A stretch of 64,000 nt of DNA from Longimicrobiales bacterium (lineage in GTDB: Bacteria > Gemmatimonadota > Gemmatimonadetes > Longimicrobiales > Gaopeijiaceae), in the NCBI GenBank assembly GCA_965202985.1, contig CBDBCF010000001.1:1-64000 (forward strand), given 5' to 3'. A program made the position numbers and the translations under genes. Positions 57,111 to 64,000 of this stretch are shown piece after piece (the first letter of the stretch is position 1; each line of letters opens with the position of its first letter). A model generated the notes under the pieces. That model had not been told where the DNA came from. It did not search any database and worked only from the letters and a program-made list of their open reading frames with translations.

Positions 57111-58784
57111 ATGGCCACGCCCACCGATGCACAGCTGCTGGAACGCTGGAAGGACCAGCCTGCGCCCCTTCTTCCGGTGCTGCATGCGTTCCACGAACGC
57201 GACGGCTGCTTGTCGGAGGCGGCGCTACGGGCCGTGTCGGACGGCTTGGGCATCCCCATCGCCGAGCTCTTCGGCACGGTCACCTTCTACCACCACTTCT
57301 CGCGCGACGAAGGTGGCCTGGACCGCCCGCGCGTGTGCACCGGCCCCGTGTGCGAGCTCCAGGGGGCCGGCGAGCTCGTCGCCGCGCTGGAGGCGTCCGG
57401 CCGACGGCCCATGCCGATGCCCTGCCCCGGTCGCTGCGACCGGCCCGTTCCGGTCCTTCACGGGGGGACGGTCCTGACGGGCCGGCGTTCCGGCGAACTC
57501 CGGCGCGAGCCGTCGCCGTTGCCGGACCCTGCGCCGGACGGCGTCGAAGAGTGCGTGTTCGCCGGCATCCGCGCCCCCGACCGGGCCACGTTGGACGGGT
57601 ACCGGCGCCAGGGCGGATACCGCGCGCTTCGGAAGGCGGTTCTGGAGACGACGCCGGAGGCGGTGATCGGCGCCGTGGACCGGAGCGGGCTGGCCGGGCG
57701 CGGGGGCGCGGGCTTCCCCACCGGGCGGAAGTGGCGGGCCGTGGCCGAGGCGCCGGGAACGCCCAAGACCGTGGTGTGCAACGCCGACGAGGGCGAGCCC
57801 GGCTGCTTCAAGGATCGCGTCCTCATGGACCACGACCCGCACGGCCTGCTGGAAGGGATGGCGCTGGCGGGGTACGCCACCGGCGCGGGCCTGGGGTTCG
57901 TGTACCTGCGCTACGAGTATCCCGAGACCTTGGGCGTGCTGGAACGCGCCGCGACCGAGGCGACGGAGGCGGGCTTGCTGGGCGACTGCATCCTGGGCAC
58001 GTCGTTCTCCTTTCGCGTGATCGTGCGTCGCGGGGCGGGCGCCTACATCTGCGGCGAAGAAACCTCTCTGCTCAACTCCTTGGAGGGCAAGCATCCTTTC
58101 CCGCGGAACCGTCCCCCCTTCCCCGTGACTCACGGCTACGAGAACCGGCCTACGGTCGTGAACAACGTGGAGACCCTGTCGTCCGTGCCGCCGATCGTGG
58201 ACAAGGGCGCCGACTGGTACCGGGGGCTGGGACGGGGCGAGCACGCCGGCACCAAGGTGATCAGCCTGTCGGGCGACGTGGCGCGGCCCGGCAACTACGA
58301 GGTCCCGCTGGGGCTGCCGTTGTCCGAGCTGCTTTGGCAGTGGGCGGGCGGCCCGCTTCCCGGACGCAGCTTCCAGGCCGTCACGATGGCGGGGCTTTCA
58401 GGGGGGTTCCTGGGGGCCGCGGACTTGGACGTCACGCTGGACGAGCCGGCGATCCGGGCCAAGGGCAGCTTCCTGGGGGCGGGCGGGGTGATCGTCTACG
58501 ACGACTCCAGGAACATGGTGGCGGCGGCCCAGGCAGCGATGGAGTTCTTTGCGGAGGAGTCGTGCGGCAAGTGCTTCCCGTGCCGGATCGGGACGCGGCG
58601 GCTGGCGGATCGACTGGGGGGCGACGGTCCTCGAGATCCGGAGCGATGGGTTGACGAGGTACGGGACATGGGGGCTATCATGAAGCGTACGAGCGCGTGC
58701 GGCTTGGGGCAGGCGGCGCCGCTGCTGACCGAGAGCCTGCTGAAGCGCTTCGCCGGCCAAGTGCGCGCCCACGTGGAGGGATAG
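57111..58784 (+). CDS. Fused NuoE/NuoF-like (FdsG/FdsB-like) NADH-binding diaphorase subunit
   Basis: N-terminal TFY..F...VCTGPVC...CPGRC; then GRGGAGFPTG.KW, CNADEGEPG, GAGAYICGEET and ESCGKCFPC...SACGLG motifs. Confidence 0.9.
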   Translation: MATPTDAQLLERWKDQPAPLLPVLHAFHERDGCLSEAALRAVSDGLGIPIAELFGTVTFYHHFSRDEGGLDRPRVCTGPVCELQGAGELVAALEASGRRPMPMPCPGRCDRPVPVLHGGTVLTGRRSGELRREPSPLPDPAPDGVEECVFAGIRAPDRATLDGYRRQGGYRALRKAVLETTPEAVIGAVDRSGLAGRGGAGFPTGRKWRAVAEAPGTPKTVVCNADEGEPGCFKDRVLMDHDPHGLLEGMALAGYATGAGLGFVYLRYEYPETLGVLERAATEATEAGLLGDCILGTSFSFRVIVRRGAGAYICGEETSLLNSLEGKHPFPRNRPPFPVTHGYENRPTVVNNVETLSSVPPIVDKGADWYRGLGRGEHAGTKVISLSGDVARPGNYEVPLGLPLSELLWQWAGGPLPGRSFQAVTMAGLSGGFLGAADLDVTLDEPAIRAKGSFLGAGGVIVYDDSRNMVAAAQAAMEFFAEESCGKCFPCRIGTRRLADRLGGDGPRDPERWVDEVRDMGAIMKRTSACGLGQAAPLLTESLLKRFAGQVRAHVEG

Positions 58785-58796
58785 GGAGGAACGCCC

Positions 58797-61565
58797 GTGA
58801 ACCGGATCGACGCCGCCCCGGGGAAGAACGGCTCCGCGCCGACGCGGAACGGCTCCGCCCCTGCGCCGGACGGTCCCGCGCTGACGCTGGACGGTAAGAG
58901 GACCCCGTTCCGCCCTGGCGAGAGCCTCTACGAGGTGGCCCAGCGCGTAGGCACGGAGATCCCCTCTCTTTGCTACGACCCGCGACTGGAACCGTTCGGG
59001 GGCTGCCGGCTGTGCGTGGTCGAAGTGGAGGGGGCGCGGAACCCGGTGGCGGCGTGCACGACGGCAGCGGAGGAGGGCATGGTCGTCCGCACCGGGAGCA
59101 CCGCCGTGGAAGCGGATCGCCGCGTACTCCTGGAGATGCTGGCGTCCGAGAACCGGGACACGGAGGTGGACCCGCTGCACGGGCACGCCTCGCAGGAGAT
59201 GGCCCGTCTGCTGGACCGCTACGAAGTCCGCGGGGGGCGGTTCGCAGGCGCCCGCTCCGGCACGAGCCGCCCCGACGACGACAACCCCTTCATCAAGCGC
59301 GACTACGAGAACTGCATCTCGTGCTATCGGTGCGTGCGCGTGTGCGCCGAGCAGGAGGGCGACTACGCCATATCGGTCGCGAACCGGGGCTTCGACACGC
59401 AGATCGTCACCGAGTTCGGCGGCCTGCTCAAGGACTCGTCCTGCACCTTCTGCGGCCAGTGCGTCCAGACGTGCCCGACGGGGGCGCTGGGCGACTTGAA
59501 GGCGCTGGCCAACCGAGAGCTGCCGGGCAAGACCGAGACGACGCGGACGGTGTGCACCTACTGCGGCGTCGGGTGCTCCGTGGACGTCCTGACGCGGAAG
59601 GATCGCCTGGTCGGGGTTCTGCCGGCCATGGATGGGCCCGCCAACGAAGGGGCGCTGTGCGTGAAGGGCCAGTTCGCCTTCGACTTCGTGCAGCACGAGG
59701 ACCGCTTGGCCACGCCGTTTGTTCGCGACAAGGCGACCGGACGGCTGCGGCCCGCGTCGTGGGAGGAGGCGCTCGACCGCGCGGCGGCGGGGCTCTCGGA
59801 GGTCGTGGAGAAGCACGGTCGGCACGCCGTGTACGCGATCGCTTCGGGCCGGGCGCCGCACGAGGCCGCCTACATGATGCAGCGGTTCGTCCGCGCTGGG
59901 CTGGGGACCAACCACATCGACAACTGCAGCCGGGCCTGACACGCCCCCACAGTCGCCGGTCTGGCGGCAACCATCGGATGGGGCGCCACGTCGAACCCGC
60001 TGGCGGACATGGACAAGTCCGACGTCGCGTTCTGCATCGGCACCAACATGACCGAGTGCCACCCCGTGGCGGCCACGCGGCTCAAGCGGGGGCTGGCGCG
60101 CGGGACCAAGATGATCGTGGCGGACCCGCGTCGGATCCCCCTGGCGGAGCTGGCGGACCTGCACCTGCCGATCCGGGTCGGTTCGGACGTGGCCCTGCTG
60201 CTGGCCATGGCCCACGTGATCGCTCGCGAGGGTCTGGTGGACGAGGAGTTCATGGCCGCGCGCACGACCGGCGGCGCCGAGTTCCTGAAGCACGTGGAGA
60301 ACTTCGCCCCGGAGTGGGCGGCGGAGCTGTGCGAAGTGCCGGCGGCCGACATCGAAGCCGCGGCGCTCCTGTACGGACGCGCGGCGCGCGGCGCCATCTA
60401 CTACACGCTGGGAATCACCGAGCACATCTGCGGCGTGGACAACGTGCAGTCCTTGTGCAACCTGGCATTGATGACCGGGAACATGGGCCGCGAGGGCACG
60501 GGCGTGAACCCCATGCGCGGCCAGAACAACATCCAGGGGGCGGGCGACAGCGGGGCGTTGCCGAACAACTACCCAGGCTTTCAGCCGGTCGTCGACCCGG
60601 CCGCGCAAGCCAAGTTCCGGCGCGCCTACGGACGGGAAACGGACCTTGCCGAGGGCATGACCAAGGTCACGGCGCTGGAACGCGCCGGCGGCGAGATTCG
60701 GGCCATGATCATCGACGGCGAAAACACGCTCGTGTCCGACCCGGACCGCAAGCACTGCCGCCACGCGCTGGAGAGCCTGGACTGCCTGGTGGTGATCGAC
60801 CTGTTCATGACCGAGACGGCGGAGCTGGCCGACGTGGTGCTGCCTGCGACGGGCTGGGCGGAGACGGACGGCGTTTGCTCCAACACGGAGCGTCGCGTGC
60901 AGCGGTTGCGGGCGGCCGTTCCGCCGCCGGGCCAGGCCAAGCCCGACTGGTGGATCGTGTCGCGGCTGGCGCAGCGCATGGGATGGAGCGGCTTCGAGTT
61001 CGACTCCGCCAAGGAAGTGTTCAACGAGCTGTGCTCGCTTTCGCCGACCTACAAGGGGCTGGATTGGGACCGGATCGAGCACGGGGAGTACCAGTGGCCC
61101 GTGCCCGAGGCCGGGCATCCGGGAACGCCGCGCCTGCACGAGGGCGAGTTCGCGAACGGCCGGGGCATCTTCACGAAGGTGTGCTACCGCGACCCGGCCG
61201 AGACGATCTCCGAGTCGTACCCGGTCTGGCTCACCACCGGGCGGCGTCTGCCGTCCTACCATACGCGCACGCAGACGGGCCGGTCGGCCGGCATCGACTA
61301 CCTGCACAGCGAAGAGACCTTGGAAGTGCATCCGGACGACGTGGCGGCGCTGGGGCTGCGGGACGGGGGCTGGGCGGAGATGTCCAGCGTCCGGGGCAGC
61401 GTCGCGATCAAGGTGCGCGCCAGCGACCGTTCCCCGCCGGGAACCGTCTTCACGTCCTTCTCGTTCGACGACGTGCCGGTCAACGTGCTCACGGGCGGCG
61501 GCTACGACCCGGTGACGCACACGGCGGAGCTGAAGGTCTGCCCCGTGGCGGTCAAGCCGCTGTGA
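58797..61565 (+). CDS. fdhF: Selenocysteine-containing formate dehydrogenase alpha subunit (Mo/W-bisPGD), ~922 aa, Sec at TGA 59937-59939
   Basis: ORFs 58797..59939 and 60009..61565 are in the same frame, joined by NHIDNCSRA-U-HAPTVAGL. Fe-S motifs, RGQNN and TGRR are present. Confidence 0.92.
59937..59975 (+). promoter_or_regulatory. Bacterial SECIS element
   Basis: TGA CAC GCC CCC ACA is followed by the hairpin GTCGCC-GGTCT-GGCGGC, with position and loop like the E. coli fdhF SECIS. Confidence 0.8.
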
Positions 61566-62047
61566 ACGCGCCTCCGGCCTCGCCGCCAGTCCCTCGGGCC
61601 TCGTCGCCAGCCGCTTCCCGTGCCTCGTCGCCGCTGGAGCTCGCGGGGTTCGAGCCCCGGCCGACCGTGGGCTCCGATCGCGCGTTCGGCGTCGTCTTCG
61701 TCGTGGTGTTTTCCATGATCGGCTTCTTCCCGCTCCTCGGGGGCGGGTCGCCCAGAGCTTGGGCTCTCGCCACCGCAGGCGTGCTGCTCGCGACGGCGAT
61801 CGCCCGGCCCCGCTGGCTGTCGCCGCTGAACCGGGCGTGGTTCCGGTTCGGGTTGATCCTGCATCGAATCGCAAGCCCGGTGATCATCGCGGCGATCTAC
61901 TTCGCGGTCGTGACGCCGACGGGGCTCCTGCTGCGCCTTGTGCGCAAGGACGTGCTGAAGCTGAAGAGGGACCCCCGGGTTGACAGCTACTGGATCGCTC
62001 GCGATCCTCCGGGGCCTTCCCTCGAGTCGTTGCCGCGGCCTTGGTAG
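61562..62047 (+). CDS. SxtJ-family membrane protein
   Basis: SDRAFG, TM helices, L.PLN.AW.RFG..L, Y..V.TP.GL and SYWI.R motifs; GTG start overlaps the fdh TGA. Confidence 0.85.
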   Translation: MNAPPASPPVPRASSPAASRASSPLELAGFEPRPTVGSDRAFGVVFVVVFSMIGFFPLLGGGSPRAWALATAGVLLATAIARPRWLSPLNRAWFRFGLILHRIASPVIIAAIYFAVVTPTGLLLRLVRKDVLKLKRDPRVDSYWIARDPPGPSLESLPRPW

Positions 62048-62103
62048 GTCGCCCCAAGTACATCGACACTGGACAATCGGACATTGCACCTGGAGAGATC
62101 AAG

Positions 62104-62274
62104 ATGAAGGCCCTCGGTTCGGCGATGGAGTTTCTTGGCGAGTTCTGGGCGTTCCTGCGCGTTCGCAAGAAGTATTGGCTGTTCCCGGTCATCGTCACGC
62201 TGTTGGCGTTGGGCGGCCTGATCGTGCTGAGCCAGACCAGCGCCGTGGCGCCGATGATCTACACGATCTTCTGA
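62104..62274 (+). CDS. DUF5989 / SxtK-like small membrane protein (start 62104 or 62125)
   Basis: [15 protein letters not shown]...SAVAP.IYTIF. Confidence 0.88.
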   Translation: MKALGSAMEFLGEFWAFLRVRKKYWLFPVIVTLLALGGLIVLSQTSAVAPMIYTIF

Positions 62275-62323
62275 TCCCGGTACCTTCGGGTCCGCGGCCC
62301 GTTCCTGCGGCGCAAGATCCGCG

Positions 62324-64000
62324 ATGCGCGTCCTAGGCCTTTCCGCCTTCTATCACGACAGCGCCGCGGCCCTCGTGGAGGACGGGCGAATCGTCGCGGC
62401 CGCCCAGGAAGAGCGGTTCACGCGCAAGAAGCACGACGCCTCCTACCCGGCCCGCGCCGCGTCCTGGTGCTTGAAGCGGGCGGGCCTGCAACCGCAGGAG
62501 ATCGACCGGGTCGTCTTCTACGACAAGCCTTTCCTGAAGTTCGAACGGCTGGTGGAGACGGCGGTCGCCTTTGCGCCGCGGGGCTTCCGTTCCTTCTCCG
62601 CCGCGATTCCCGTGTGGGTGAAGGAGAAGCTGTTCCAGAAGAACTTGTTGCGAAGGAAGCTGCGGGCGATGGACCCGGACGCGGACTGGAGCCGGAAGCT
62701 GCTCTTCGCCGAGCATCATCAGTCGCACGCCGCCAGCGCCTTCTACCCCTCCCCTTTTCGCGAGGCCGTCGTGCTGACGATGGACGGCGTCGGGGAATGG
62801 GCCACAACATCCGCGGCGGTGGGGCGAGACCGCTCCTTGGAGGTGATCCGCGAACTGCACTTCCCGCACTCGCTGGGGCTTCTCTACTCGGCGTTCACCT
62901 ACTACACGGGCTTCCGGGTAAACTCCGGCGAGTACAAGGTCATGGGCTTGGCGCCCTACGGCGAGCCGGCGTTTGCACAAGCGATCTTGGACAACCTGAT
63001 CGACCTGAAGCCCGACGGCACCTTTCGCCTCGACTTGGACTACTTCGGCTACTGCACGGGCCTCGAGATGACGAACGCGCGCTTCGACGCCCTCCTCGGC
63101 GGACCCCCGCGTGCGCCGTCCGAACCCTTGGCAAAGCGGCACATGGACTTGGCGGCGTCGGTGCAGGCGGTCGTGGAAGAGGCGGTGTTGCGGCTGACGC
63201 GGTCTTTGCGCAAGGAGACCGGCTTGCCGAACTTGTGCATGGCCGGAGGCGTGGCTCTAAACTGCGTGGCAAACGGCAAGGTGCTGCGCGACGGCCGGTT
63301 CGACGGCATCTGGATCCAACCGGCCGCGGGAGACGCCGGCGGCGCCTTGGGAGCAGCGCTGGCAGTCAGCCACGGCCTGTTCGACGAGCCCCGCCCGACG
63401 GCGCCGGGGAGGCGAAGCTCGGACGGCGCCGGGCTCGGGGGAACGGACGCGGCGGAGGATGCCGCCACGCCGACCTCGGCGCGGTCGGACGCCATGCAGG
63501 GCGCCTTTCTGGGTCCAGAGTTCGGGCCGGACGAGGTGCGGGCCGCCCTGGACGAGGCGGGGGCGCGCTACCAGCGCCTGGAGCCCGACGCCTTGATCGG
63601 CGCGACGGCGGAAGCGCTGACGGACGGCAAGGTCGTGGGCTGGTTCCAGGGCCGCATGGAGTTCGGCCCTCGCGCCTTGGGCGCCCGCTCGATCCTGGCG
63701 GACCCTCGGCGCCCCGAAATGCAGAAGACGCTGAACCTGAAGATCAAGTTCCGCGAGTCCTTTCGGCCGTTCGCGCCCAGCGTGCTTCGCTCCGACGCGG
63801 CGGCTTGGTTCGAGCTGGACGGCGACAGCCCCTATATGCTGCTCGTGGCGGACGTGAGGCCGGAGCGCAGGCGGCCCGCCGACGACCACGACGGGGCGCG
63901 GGAGAACGGCGCGACGGGCCAGGGCGGACCGGAGGCGGCCGAGATGCTTCGCCGACTGGGCCTGGTGCGCTCGGAGATTCCCGCGGTGACGCACGTGGAC
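62324..64000 (+). CDS. O-carbamoyltransferase (NodU/CmcH/SxtI family), 3' partial
   Basis: Read by hand, as it is absent from the ORF track: [74 protein letters not shown] and [11 protein letters not shown]. Confidence 0.93.
   Translation, partial: MRVLGLSAFYHDSAAALVEDGRIVAAAQEERFTRKKHDASYPARAASWCLKRAGLQPQEIDRVVFYDKPFLKFERLVETAVAFAPRGFRSFSAAIPVWVKEKLFQKNLLRRKLRAMDPDADWSRKLLFAEHHQSHAASAFYPSPFREAVVLTMDGVGEWATTSAAVGRDRSLEVIRELHFPHSLGLLYSAFTYYTGFRVNSGEYKVMGLAPYGEPAFAQAILDNLIDLKPDGTFRLDLDYFGYCTGLEMTNARFDALLGGPPRAPSEPLAKRHMDLAASVQAVVEEAVLRLTRSLRKETGLPNLCMAGGVALNCVANGKVLRDGRFDGIWIQPAAGDAGGALGAALAVSHGLFDEPRPTAPGRRSSDGAGLGGTDAAEDAATPTSARSDAMQGAFLGPEFGPDEVRAALDEAGARYQRLEPDALIGATAEALTDGKVVGWFQGRMEFGPRALGARSILADPRRPEMQKTLNLKIKFRESFRPFAPSVLRSDAAAWFELDGDSPYMLLVADVRPERRRPADDHDGARENGATGQGGPEAAEMLRRLGLVRSEIPAVTHVD

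Noticed and set aside
58797..61565. fdh pseudogene with a premature stop
   Set aside because: The TGA sits at the catalytic Cys/Sec position and is followed by a SECIS-like hairpin, so it is recoding rather than decay.
61562..64000. Saxitoxin biosynthesis cluster
   Set aside because: Only sxtI/J/K-like genes are present. No sxtA, sxtG or other core genes are in the window, and the triad occurs in non-producers.

Overview
GC-rich bacterial chromosomal window. Gene order and content suggest Gemmatimonadota, possibly host- or sponge-associated; this is inference only. From left to right: (1) 1-6962 (-) is the 5' part of a giant secreted protein made of at least 18 tandem ~120-aa Ig-like repeats. 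It carries three 1-nt frameshifts and is preceded by a C26 tract inside a short upstream ORF. (2) 7183-21656 (-) is a tightly coupled housekeeping run: FmdB, argS, a PfkB-PurM fusion, a putative outer-membrane protein, ribD, ribE, ribB(X), a RibH-NusB fusion, GT4, hpf, hprK, EIIA, HPr and EI. (3) 22072-25750 is a small lower-GC island in which an SGNH-family gene is split by an apparently intact ISL3 (8-bp TSD) and abutted by a decayed IS1634. (4) 26044-52175 (-) holds a D-2-hydroxyacid dehydrogenase, asnS, recG, ftsY, a vWA membrane protein, an M23 peptidase and the dcw cluster (ftsZ to mraZ) with its promoter and MraZ boxes. (5) A TPR protein, DUF2911, mobAB and fdhD follow. (6) 57111-64000 (+) is a divergent NuoEF-like diaphorase and a selenocysteine formate dehydrogenase (UGA plus SECIS), running directly into sxtJ-like, DUF5989 and carbamoyltransferase genes. 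No rRNA, tRNA, CRISPR or phage genes were recognised. The most unusual items are the RibH-NusB fusion, the poly-C switch upstream of the giant repeat protein, the PfkB-PurM fusion, an unexplained 18-19 bp array upstream of ftsY, and widespread in-frame micro-duplications in core genes.
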